Part shown: positions 1 through 12,100 of the stretch, in pieces
Position numbering within the stretch: the stretch's first letter is position 1
How the letters are laid out: each line of letters begins with the position of its first letter
NCBI GenBank assembly: GCA_965603825.1
Contig: CBFDEM010000056.1
Span: 806,001 to 870,000, forward strand
Length of the DNA stretch: 64,000 nucleotides
Source: Blepharisma stoltei ATCC 30299
Taxonomy: Eukaryota; Protista; Ciliophora
Direction: 5' to 3'
Position numbers and translations under genes: made by a program
The notes under the pieces: model-generated
The model's database searches: none
Told to the model about the DNA's origin: nothing
Seen by the model: the letters and a program-made list of their open reading frames with translations, nothing else

Positions 1-1
1 A

Positions 2-1975
2 TCAAGAGTATATGACGATAAGAAGTCACTGGATCGTGATTTTGCTCCTTTTCTCAAAGGAGTTGGAGGTGTTCACTTTAGAACAGAAGAAGATGATGAT
101 TTAGAAAGGCAAGCATTAGCTGAAATTGAAAAATTACAACAAGAATTAAACCCAGAAGAGCCTTCACAAGTTGAGTATAAAAGGTCGATCCAAACTCCAA
201 TGACTCCAAGTGAAGAAAATGTTCTCGGAATGCTACAGACTAGAAATAGCAGAAGGAAAAGGACTGTGGGTGCTGAAAATTCTCGACCTGCCACAATGCC
301 AGTTGCTAAGTCTATTATGAAGCCTCCAAGTGAGACTAGAACTATAGTGACTCAGTCCACTGGTTTTGAAACAAGACCATTTACTTCTTTTACTACTGAT
401 GAATCTAAAATATCTAAAACTAAAGATGAAGAAGAGGCTAAATCTCCTGAACAATTAAGGATAAAGCTACTTGAAACACAGCTTGCAAATTTATTAGCAC
501 AGAAAGAAAGAATGATCTCTGAACAAAAGGCAAGATTTGATAATCAGCTGCAGCAAGAAAAGCAAATTCTTACTCGTGATTATGAAGGAAGCGTAAATCA
601 GTTAAAAGAATGGTTTGATTCTAAAAAGAGCTTGCTGGAATCAGCAAGAAGGCAGCAAGAAAAAATAGCTAGCCTTTCTCAAACCTTGTCAAAAAATGTT
701 CAGACTGTTTCCAGTCTAAACCAGCAATTTTCAAGAGACAAAAATTATTCAGAAAATTTGAAAGAGCAAGAACTCATCGCAAAAGAAAAATCATTAGAGC
801 TGAGAGAAAGCAGATTGACTTCACAAGTCCAAATTCTTGACCAAGATAAACAAAAGTTTGCAAATAAAGTTAGACTAACTGAAGAGATTGAAGCACAGAA
901 AAGAAACTCCATTTACCAAGATAAGCTGCACTTGAGACATGAGCTTGATAAATTAGAAAAATATCAAGAAGAGTTAAAAGCCCAAGAAAGAAAAGAAAAA
1001 AAGCAACTTGCAATGGAAAAACATCAATTATCATTATATAAAGACCAGATCGAAAGAGAAGAAAAAGAAATGTGGGCAGATATAGAAGAAAGAGAAAGAA
1101 AACTAATAGAAAAAGAAGACACAATAGAAAACGAAAAAAATGAAGCCATTTTCCAAATTCAGCAAGAAAAAGGTGCAATTATTGCTCAAATGAACTCAAT
1201 TGAAAATTTTAAGAAAAATATTAATGCAATGTTTGCAGAGCTTGAAAGAAGAACAAAATATATTGAAGAAAGGGCAAAAGACATTAAAATAGAAATTGAG
1301 TATATCAGCAAAGAAAGCGAGCTGCTAGAAAGGGAGCGCGAAAAATATGAAAAAGAAGCACAAAAAGTCCACCAGATGTCTGTAGAAATAAGTCAACAAA
1401 CTGAGCTCATTGTAGCTACTAGAAAAGATATAGACACACAAAAAAATGATTTAGAAAAAAAGAAACAAGAAGCGCTTACATTAATGGCAGCTTCAAAAAG
1501 CGAAAAATTAAAAATTGATCAGAAAACCAGAGATTTGATAAATAGGATGAAAACTTTTGAGTGCTTAAGGACTTTAGATATTTCTGAAGTAGAAATACCC
1601 AAAATGGAAAGCATTGACATCGATGCCATAAAAGTTCCTAAAGTAAGTCGCCAAATCCGGTCAAAATCTGTTGCTCCAGTAGCTAGAAAATTCAATTCAC
1701 AAGAGTTTTTAAAAGAACTTGAGCCATATAATAAAGCTCGAGAAGAGTTTCAAAATTATCTTACAACAGAAAACAGTGTATTGCTTAACAGTAAGTTGGC
1801 TTGTGAAACTGGAATAACGAAGAGTATGATAGGATCAAGGCATGTGTTTTCAGATGCATCGAATTCTTTTTTTGGGCAGTCATCTTATTTTAGTGCAGGA
1901 AGTTTTGCTAAGCCGATTGATAGTATTAGAAAATCAAGGAATTTTGAAAGTTTTTCTTCGAATAATCCACTTTAA
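2..1975 (+). CDS. 5'-truncated coiled-coil protein (possibly FBF1-like, uncertain)
   Basis: The frame of ORF 200..1975 is open back to position 2, so the gene starts before the window. Long E/K/Q-rich heptad region; TAA stop. Confidence 0.7.
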   Translation, partial: SRVYDDKKSLDRDFAPFLKGVGGVHFRTEEDDDLERQALAEIEKLQQELNPEEPSQVEYKRSIQTPMTPSEENVLGMLQTRNSRRKRTVGAENSRPATMPVAKSIMKPPSETRTIVTQSTGFETRPFTSFTTDESKISKTKDEEEAKSPEQLRIKLLETQLANLLAQKERMISEQKARFDNQLQQEKQILTRDYEGSVNQLKEWFDSKKSLLESARRQQEKIASLSQTLSKNVQTVSSLNQQFSRDKNYSENLKEQELIAKEKSLELRESRLTSQVQILDQDKQKFANKVRLTEEIEAQKRNSIYQDKLHLRHELDKLEKYQEELKAQERKEKKQLAMEKHQLSLYKDQIEREEKEMWADIEERERKLIEKEDTIENEKNEAIFQIQQEKGAIIAQMNSIENFKKNINAMFAELERRTKYIEERAKDIKIEIEYISKESELLEREREKYEKEAQKVHQMSVEISQQTELIVATRKDIDTQKNDLEKKKQEALTLMAASKSEKLKIDQKTRDLINRMKTFECLRTLDISEVEIPKMESIDIDAIKVPKVSRQIRSKSVAPVARKFNSQEFLKELEPYNKAREEFQNYLTTENSVLLNSKLACETGITKSMIGSRHVFSDASNSFFGQSSYFSAGSFAKPIDSIRKSRNFESFSSNNPL

Positions 1976-2004
1976 ACTGAAATTTTTGAATTATTTAACT
2001 TATA

Positions 2005-2772
2005 TTAAGAATAAACTAAAGTTATTACAGTTAAAAAATTGTGAATAAGCATATACCAAAATGTTTCGTTTTCTAATCGCTTTAGCTTCATATTTCTAAG
2101 TCGTAAAATTTGACTAAATAGCCAAGGCAAAAGCAAGAATGTTAATCCTCTTATAGACCCATAGCTAATTATGTCTATAATAGTATAAAGAGCTATAAAT
2201 AAATTCAAAACAACAAAAAGTCTGTAGCACTCATGTCTTCCCAGCAATACCGCTGTTGTGACTGTTTTTGCTTTGATATCTTCTGAAAAGGCGCAAAGCT
2301 CAAAGATAATTTTTCAGTTTTGGTATAATAAATGTGTAGGAATCATATCTAGAAATAATTTAAATGAGATTTCGCCTGTAATCGTTATAGAATTTAGTTC
2401 TATAAGCAGAAATCCATGTGTAAATAATCTTAAAAGTCCACCATATCCTTTATTTTCTAAATTTATTTCTGGAATGTATTGCAAGGCTATTAAAGACAGT
2501 AATATAAGCGAAAATACTGCAAATTGCCAAAAAGACTCAGCTTGTGCGGCTGTAATAACTGCTATTATAATGCAAAAAGTAAATCCAAATGCTCCATAAT
2601 ATCATCTAGGTGTTTTATTATTTCCGATCTTTAAGCATCCAATTGAAATCTGCAAAATGAAAATAAAAAGTATTCAGATTTTTCAGCAGTAAAGCTTAAG
2701 ATGTGGATAGCTGTAAAGAGAGCATAAAAAATATTGAATCAATGCAAGTGCAGCATCATCTATAGCTATCAT
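2005..2772 (-). CDS. Multi-pass membrane protein, divergent UbiA/MenA prenyltransferase-like (255 aa, 4 TGA=Trp)
   Basis: ATG at 2772 reads through 4 TGA into ORF 2005..2247 in frame. Hydrophobic segments; LENKGYGGLL and EDIKAKTVTTAVLLG resemble the MenA/UBIAD1 motifs LKY.GLGD and D..AG..TLAV.LG. Confidence 0.55.
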
Positions 2773-3166
2773 TAACTATTTATATCAGAAGTAAAAATGG
2801 GATCAAATGCAAAGTGCAAGATTTACGGTAAGGCTGGCTAATTCTAAATTTTTAGTAATAAAACGCTTGCTTTTAAGCGTATAGTTAATTTAATGAGCAA
2901 AAATTATAGGATTTTTAAATAATATATATATGTAAATAAATACAGCACTTAGATATAAAAATTTTTTATCAACATAATGATTGATAATCTTTAAATAAAA
3001 AATTGCCATATTACAATAATCTACTCATCACTTATATATTCAAATCCAAAATCCCATTTCCGTCCCAACCTTTTCTCTTCTTACGCCCCTATCACTCTTA
3101 AAAATCCCTAAATTTCCAATTCTAATTAATCAATCTCATCAATAGCCATCGACAGTTATAATAATT

Positions 3167-6100
3167 ATGGAGCCTCCTTCACGCAAGCAGAGAGGAATTT
3201 ACTCTGAAGTATTAGCTCAGCCAGATAAAGATGACCCAACTGACAATATAGTTCAAGAATCAGTCGCTTCAGGCCCAACAGCTCGCTTGACCACCCACCA
3301 AGTCCAGCGTCTTCCCCGGGCTCGAGGTCTTCAAAGGCGAAATCAAAATGACCACGATAAAAGCATAAACGCAGACTCCTCAGGAATTTATTCGAAAAAA
3401 CGCGAAGGCGTCGCAGACCTCGACCCAAAAGTCTTTGAACCTTTTGTCCCCATTCCAGGCCGAACACCTCGTAAGGTTGTGATTGACCGAAAGAAGAAGC
3501 TTTTCGCATCCCTTCGTATTGAAGATTTGTTGAAGGCTGAAGGGGTTGATTATAGCAAGCCCATCGTCGCTTGGCTACCTCTTGAACCTTTTGATGATAG
3601 AGAATTTGACGTCAGGAACCCTGAAGAATGAATTGAGTTGGCCACAAATAATGGGACCTTTGAAGCGGTGCCAGGACTTGGGCTGCAAAAAGACCACAGA
3701 GAGCCCGGAGTTTTCAATTGGAAACAAGTGCTAATTCACTCATATGACGCTGAAAGAGAAGTTTTCTATGGAATCTGGGACGATGCGTCAAAAATGGCTG
3801 TAGAGCTGCCGAAAATTAATTTATTGATCCTTGCTGAAGACCCTTACGTTTTTGCTAAAAGAGTAGCAGCCTCCCATCAGCAGAGAAAGTACGCAGAAAG
3901 CTTGATAAGATACAACTTTTATATCGACAATATGCCAACTGAGGAAATCCACACACTAGATGGAGACCAGAAGGCAAGACTTGTCTATAAAGCCACAAAC
4001 GTAAAAGAAATGAATAAAAACGTGAACCCTGAGAACTCCCCATTAGTTTATGAAGTATGTTTAGATTTCGCAAGGACTATGAATAAAATTATTTTTGATA
4101 AACACATTAATGAAAGTGGAAAAGACCTGATCGCCAGCAATTTAACGCTGCCTCCTCCTGAGCCGCCTAAAAACGCGCCTGAATTCGGAATGGTTCAAAT
4201 ACCTAAGCATGACTTTCCAGAGCAGTTCAGCAATTTTTGCTTCAATAGTCTTTATATCAAAGAAGAAGTTATTGTTTCACTTGATAAAATTAAAGAACAG
4301 TGCTTAGGAGTGACCCTGGAAAAAGAAATTTTTAATACAAATTTCACAAAAACAATGAGATTGGAAGAGTTCAAGCAGATTGAGTTTGGGGCCATAAGCC
4401 AAGTGGCGCTTTATTTAAATGCATGGAAAGATAATATACAGAACATTATCCAAGGCTCTTTTCAAAATGTCGGCAAAGGGTGGTTTAACCTGCATGAAAC
4501 TGCAAAAGAGACTTATGAGTTCGGAAAGCTGAAAAAGTACCTGACAATGGTAAAAATAATGATGCAGGACTCTTTATTTACCTTAACTCATAAATCCCTT
4601 CACAAGTTTGTGGATATTTTAGAAAAATTCATCCCTACTGAAGTGTCTATTTACTCCCCAAAAGAAGTCCGCAATCTTTTTGAGCTGACAGAAGAGCAGC
4701 TAACAGTAGACCCTGAATATGCAAGAAATAACCCTCCGATTCCTTTAATTGCTATCGATATTCTGAAAGGAGGAAAAATGTTCTTATACTCTACAGAACC
4801 CAGCCAAGTTATAGAAAAAACTAAACAAGTGTTTGAAGAAGGCCTCGCCAAAATAAAAGACATCCCTACTATGGAAGAAGTCGTCATGGAAAGCTTATTT
4901 AAAAAGCAAGGCGGAAAAACACCGCTAAAAGTCCCTGTAATTCCTGTAGACCAGCCAACTCCTCCAAAAGACGAAGAAAAGAAAGTCGGCAAGCTGCCTG
5001 ATGAAAACACCTGGGTTTGGGATTTGCGGGAAAGAGTAATCAGCTTGATGACAAAGGCAATCCAGCCGCTAAATGAATATATAAAAGTTTACGATAGATT
5101 TGAAAGCGTAATGCAGCTCAGCGCTGATAATTATATAAAAAGCTTAGAAGAAGGAGAAGAAGTCTCAGTTGAAGACTTAAGAGACGAAATTCTTAAACAT
5201 CAAGAACTTGAGAAAAAACTGCTAGAAGAGATCCCTGAAACTGTCAGAGTGTCCTGCTTTGAGGTCCATTGCAAAGAAGTCAGGAACACACTAGCAGGGA
5301 AGCATACTTTATTTGTCAAACAAATTACAGAACTAATAGCCCACCGCGCCAGAGAAAAAAACGCAGCCATGCTTGAAAACTTCAGAAAAATGCATAGGGA
5401 TATCAACAAGCCTCCAAAAGATATAGAAGAGCTTACAGAAATAAAAGACCTAATTGCAAGAGTCCCTATGGAAATAGAAAAGATGAAAATTGATATAGAG
5501 GGTAACATGGTCACTTATTCAATACTTGAAAAATTCCAATATAGGTTTACAGTTGATGACATGAATAAGAAATGGGATTTATATGGATACCCTAAGAAAA
5601 CTTATGATTTAATAGCTCAGAAAAGTGAAGAGCTTGATAAACAAAAAGAAGTCTTTAAAGAGCATATGGTCACTGAGCAGCAAGAATTTAATGAAGCAAT
5701 TGAAGATTTAGAAAATATCGTTAAGACTTTTGTCCAATATACTGATATTAATCAGTATAAAGAAACTGCAGAAATGGTAGAAAGAGTCAATAAAAGACTT
5801 GAAGAGTGCATCAATATGGCTAAAACTTATAATCATAGAGAATATTTATTCGGCTCTGAGACAACTGATTATTCTCAAGTCCATTCTTGTGCAAAAGAAT
5901 TCAAGCCGTTTTCAGACCTGTGGCTAACCATCAATAATTGAAATGAAAAGCATGAACACTGGCTTCATGGAGAATGGGAAACTGTCAGCGGAAGAGAAAT
6001 CGAAGACACTGTAGAAACAGCGACTAAGACAATTTCACAGGTCCTCAGACATTTTAAAAATAGAGATATCCAAAGCATCTTGCCTGTTGTAGAAAAAATC

Positions 6101-9100
6101 AAAGGAGACGTTGACTACTTCAGACAATACGTAAAAATGGCTGTAGCTCTCAGAAAGCCTGGTATGAAAGATAGACATTGGGACCAGATTTCTGCCAAAG
6201 TTGGATTTGAGGTCAGGCCATGCCCTGGATTCACCCTTACCAAAGTTATTGATATGGGCCTCAAAAAATGGGAAGATTTCTTAGAAGAAGTCGGAGAAAG
6301 AGCTTACAAAGAATTCCAAATAGAAACCAAGCTAAATGAAATGGAAGCAGCCTGGGAAAAAGTTGACTTTGAAGTATTTGACGCCAAAAATACTGACACT
6401 TTTATTCTTGGAGGCATCGATAAAATCCAGAATTTATTAGATGAGCATATTGTAGCTTCCCAAGCGATGCAGTTTTCTGCATTTAAAAAACCATTTGAAG
6501 AGAGAATTGAAGACTGGGTACAAACTCTTATGAGGGTCCAAGACATATTAGATGAATGGACCAAATGTCAGGTGAACTGGATGTACCTACAACCTATTTT
6601 CGACTCAAAAGATATTATGAAGCAGCTGCCAAACGAAACCAAAAAATTCCGAAGTGTAGATGGCACATGGAGACATACCATGAGCCAAGTCAAAGCTAAC
6701 CCTAACGTTATCAAAACTTGTAAAAATGAAGGAAGACTTGAAGCTTTAAGAGAAGCCAACCGAAACTTAGAAGCTGTCCAAAAAGAGCTAAACAACTATT
6801 TGGAAACCAAAAGAGCTGCTTTTTCACGTTTCTATTTCTTATCTAACGACGACCTATTGTCAATCATCTCAGAAACCAAAGACCCAACCCGTGTGCAGCC
6901 TCATTTGAGAAAAGTCTTTGAAAATATGGACAAGCTTGAGTTCCACGAGGATAAGACCATCCACTCAATGTTTTCTTGTGAAGGCGAACAGGTAGCTTTT
7001 GTAAGACCAATTGACCCAAGAGAGAAAAATGTAGAGTTCTGGATGGGCGAGCTTGAAGATATGATGAAAGAAAGTGTCAGATATGTTCTTAAAAATAGCA
7101 TTGATGAGTACTTAAAGAAGCCTAGAAATGAATGGGTGCTAAGACATCCTGGACAATGTGTGCTGAATGGCTCTCAGGTCCACTGGACTAGTGATGTAGA
7201 AGCAGCAATTCTGAAAGGACTAGAAGGAGTCCAGGACTACTACAAGTTTTTAGGAGATCAGCTTATGGACACTGTTAAACTTGTAAGAGGAAATTTGACA
7301 AATCAAGAGTCTACAACGTTAGGAGCACTTATTGTTATTGATGTCCACGCTAGAGATGTCGTGTTTAGGCTAATTGAAAATAAAGTCACGTCTATTGAAG
7401 ATTTTGACTGGATCGCACAGCTTAGGTATTATTGGGAGGATGATGACTGCTATGTAAAATGTATTCAAACGAGGTTCCCATATGGCTACGAATATTTAGG
7501 AAATACGCCAAGGCTGGTTATTACTCCTTTGACTGATAAATGTTACATGACACTTATGGGAGCGCTTAACCTGAACTTAGGAGGCGCCCCAGCAGGCCCT
7601 GCAGGGACAGGTAAAACAGAGTCCGTCAAAGATCTTTCGAAAGGTCTCGCTAAACAAGTCGTCGTCTTCAACTGCTCAGAAGGTATGGACCATATCATGG
7701 TTGCCAAATTCTTCAAAGGCCTTGCATGCTCAGGCGCTTGGGCTTGTTTCGATGAGTTTAACAGAATTTATATCGAAGTGCTTTCTGTCATTGCCCAGCA
7801 GCTTCAAACTTTGCTTGACCACAAGCGAACTGGTGATCTTGAGTTTGAATTTGAAGCTTCCAGCATCAAAATGCTGCCTACTTTTTCAGTCTTTATTACT
7901 ATGAACCCTGGGTATGCTGGCCGTACCGAGCTTCCTGACAACTTAAAAGCGTTATTTAGGCCAGTGGCTATGATGGTTCCCGATTACGCTATGATCGGTG
8001 AAATTATGCTTTATTCCTTTGGTTTCTCCCAAGCTAGAGAACTTGCCAAAAAAATGGTTGACACCTTCAAGCTAAGCTCAGAACAGCTCAGCTCACAAGA
8101 TCATTATGATTATGGTATGAGAGCTGTCAGATCAGTCATTAATGCTGCTGGACTTATTAAAAGAGCCGAGCCTGACATGGACGAAGAACAGCTGCTGCTC
8201 CGTGCACTAAGAGATGTAAATGTTCCGAAATTCTTAAAAGACGATCTTCCGCTGTTCGATAACATTATTATTGATCTTTTCCCACATGTAGAACGTCCTA
8301 ATATTAATAGAAAACCTCTTGACCAGTCTATACTAGAAACCTGCGCCAAGCTAAACTTGCAGCCTGAAGATTCTTTTATTGACAAAATCTTCCAGCTTTA
8401 TGACACCATCAAAGTCAGACATGGACTTATGATCGTCGGCCCTACAGGAGGTGGAAAAACAGTCAACTACAAAGTCCTTTCCAATGCAATGAGCGCGTTA
8501 AAGCACCTTGACCAGTTTGACGAAGTCTTTGTGCACATTTTGAACCCGAAATCTATCACAATGGGTCAACTTTATGGTAAATTTGACGAGCTTACCCACG
8601 AGTGGACTGATGGAGTGCTTGCCGATATCATCAGAAAATGTGTGAGAGACCAGCATAATCCTCCTTACACAAATAAGCATTGGGTTATGTTTGATGGGCC
8701 TGTAGATGCGCTGTGGATTGAAAGTATGAACACTGTGCTGGATGATAATAAAAAGTTATGCTTGAACTCTGGTGAAATTATTAACCTTTCTCAGCACATG
8801 ACTATGATGTTTGAGGTCGAAGATTTAGCTGTGGCTTCACCAGCTACTGTATCTAGATGTGGTATGGTCTATATGGAGCCTGTATCACTTGGATTGCCAC
8901 CGTTAGTAAGAAGCTGGCTTAATACGCTGCCACCAAAAGTCAAAGAGCATGATAATATCAGAAATAAATTGTCACAGTTCTTTGAAATTTATACCTACCC
9001 ACTAATAAAATATGTGAGAAAGTCACTTGTAGAGCCTGTTATGTCGATGGATAATAATCTCTGTCATAGTGTGTGCAGAATTTTGAACTGCTATTTAGGA

Positions 9101-12100
9101 AAATATTATGATACTGAGCTGAAAGTAGTTAGTCCTGAAGAAGTCGCTGAATTAGAAGAGCTAATAGAAGGCATATTTATTTATGCTGCAATTTGGGCTT
9201 TAGGAGTTACCACAAATAATGAAGGCAGAAAGAAATTTGACCATGCGCTCAGAGATATAATGAAAACAAGAGCACTTAACCCAGCATTCCCAGAAGCTGG
9301 AACTGTCTATGACTGGTTCTTTGATCCGACCACTAAAACTTATAAGCTTTGGACTGATACTGTTCCTCCATATGAAGTTGACCCTCATGCACACTTTAAC
9401 GAAATTGTGGTACCTACTATGGATTCTATAAGGAGCAAGTATCTAACCAAGCTGCTCCTTACCAATAAATACCACGTGCTATCTCCAGGCCCAACTGGTA
9501 CAGGTAAATCTGTCAACGCCAATAGTATGCTAGGAGGCGAAATGCCTGACAATTACCAGTATATCAGCTTGACATTTTCAGCACAAACATCAGCAAACCA
9601 AACACAAGACCTTATTGATGGCAAAGTACAGCGTAGAAAGAATAAGGAATATGGCCCACCTCCTGGGAAATATTATGTAATCTTTGTAGATGATCTCAAT
9701 ATGCCTAAAAAAGAGAAATATGGGGCCCAGCCTCCTCTTGAACTTTTAAGACAGTGGATGGACCATCATGGATGGTATGACCGCAAAGATAAATTCAAAA
9801 AAGACATTGTAGATGTGGTGTTCTTGTCAGCTATGGGGCCTCCAGGCGGAGGGAGATCACAAATCACTAATAGGCTCGTCCGTCATTTCAATATTTTAAC
9901 TTACACAATTCTTGAAGAATCTGATATCACCATGATTTTCTCTAAAATTCTAGGAGCGTTCTTAAGACCTTATCAAGAGCCTATCAGAAATTCGGTACCA
10001 AACTTAGTCAGTGCTTCAATTGAGCTTTATAATATAGTTGAAAAAACACTTCTGCCAACTCCTGACAGATCTCACTATACTTTTAACTTAAGAGATATGG
10101 CCCACGTCTTTGAAGGAATCTGCTCTTCAGACCCTAAAGTAACCTATGAATATATAACTATTGTCAGACTCTGGTGCCATGAAAACTTGCGTGTCTTTGG
10201 AGACCGTTTAATCAACAACGAAGATCTCAAAATTCTAAATGACGCCATCAGAACCAAAGTTGAAGAAATTTTCAAGATAAAAGCTGAAGAAGTGTTTTCC
10301 AGAGAAAGGCTTATTTTCTGTCATTTCTTGAACCAAAATATCCCTGAAGAACAAAGGGTTTATGAAGAAGTCGCGAATACTGAAGAGCTAATGAGAACTG
10401 TGAACGACTATTTGGACGGATATAATGATAGGTATACTAAAAGACAAATGAAGCTTGTTATGTTCCTAGACGCCTGTTGCCATATTACCAGGATTTGTAG
10501 AATTCTGAGACAGCCTCAAGGAAATGCACTTCTGCTTGGTGTAGGTGGCTCCGGAAGACAAAGCTTGAGCAAACTTTCCGCTTTCATAATGGAAACCGAG
10601 CTAAAACAAATCGAAATCACAAAGAGCTACAATATGGCCCAATGGAGAGAAGACTTAAAGTTCGCTCTTAAATTTGCAGGTGTCAAAAACGAAAGGGTCA
10701 TTTTCTTGCTTGTAGATACCCAGATTATCGATGAACAAATGTTAGAAGACGTCAATAATGTGCTAAACTCTGGCGATGTCCCTAATATCTATAAAGCAGA
10801 CGACTGGGAAGACATCGCAGGAGTTGGCAAACCTGAGTGTCAGCGTAAAGGTATCCAGCTTTCTGAAATGAATATCATGTCTCAGTATTTAGGAAGAGTC
10901 AAAAAGAACATCCATATCATTTTAGCTATGAGTCCTATAGGAGAAGCTTTCAGAAGCAGACTTCGTATGTTCCCATCACTAATTAACTGTTGTACCATTG
11001 ATTGGTTCACAGATTGGCCTGAAGAAGCTCTTGTGTCAGTCGCAAGAGGTCAGCTATTAGAAGAAGACCTTAATATAGACAGTAGCATAGAACCTTTAGT
11101 CCAATTCTTCAAGGTCGTCCACAAGTCAGTTGATGGAATGTCCCAAAGGTATCTTAATGAGCTCAGAAGGCACAACTATGTCACCCCAACGTCATATTTA
11201 GAGCTCGTCAGGTGTTTTAAGACTCTTTTACTAGACAAACGTGCACAGCTTACAACTATGAAAAATAGATTCTCTGGAGGAGTCGAAAGACTTATTAAAG
11301 CAGCCCACGAAGTCGAAATCATGAAAGCCAAATTGCAAAAAATGAAGCCGGAGCTTGCTGATGCACAAAAAGAAAGTGAGCATATGATGGAAAAAATTGT
11401 GGTAGATAAAGCATCTGCAGAAGAAACCCAAAAAAGCGTCGCAAAAGAAGAAGCAAGTGCCCAAGAAAAGGCTGATGAAGTAGAAAAACTCCAGTCTCAA
11501 GCTCAAAGTGAGCTAGATGAAGCTTTGCCACTGCTAGATAAAGCTCTTGAAAGTGTCAAGCAGCTTAAAAAAGAGCAGCTAGTCGAAATCAAATCCTTCA
11601 CAACCCCAGCATTAGGCATCGTCAAAACCATGGAAACTGTCTGCTACTTCTTCAGAATCAAGCCAGTCAAGAAAAACGACCCCAATAAGCTTGGAGCCAA
11701 AATTGATGACTATTGGGAAGCCTCGAAAAATGAGCTGCTAAAAAATCCAAAAGCACTATTAGAGGATCTATTGCATTATGATAAAGAATCAATCACAGAA
11801 GAACTGATAGAAAGAGTCAGACCAAAAGTAGAAGACAAAGATTTTGCACCTGAAGCTATTAAAGTGGTCTCAGTGCCTTGTGGGGCTATGTGTGCATGGG
11901 TGCATGCCATGTATAAGTTTTATCATGTAAATAAACAGGTGGATCCACTCAGAAGACAAGTTGCACAGCTGAATGCAGAACTGGAGGTGAGCAGATCGTT
12001 ACTTAAAGAAGCAAAAGCCAGACTTAAAGAAGTCACAGATCAAATTGAGGAGCTGGAAAGAAGCTATGAGGCTTGTATGCAGAGACAAGAAATGCTTAAA

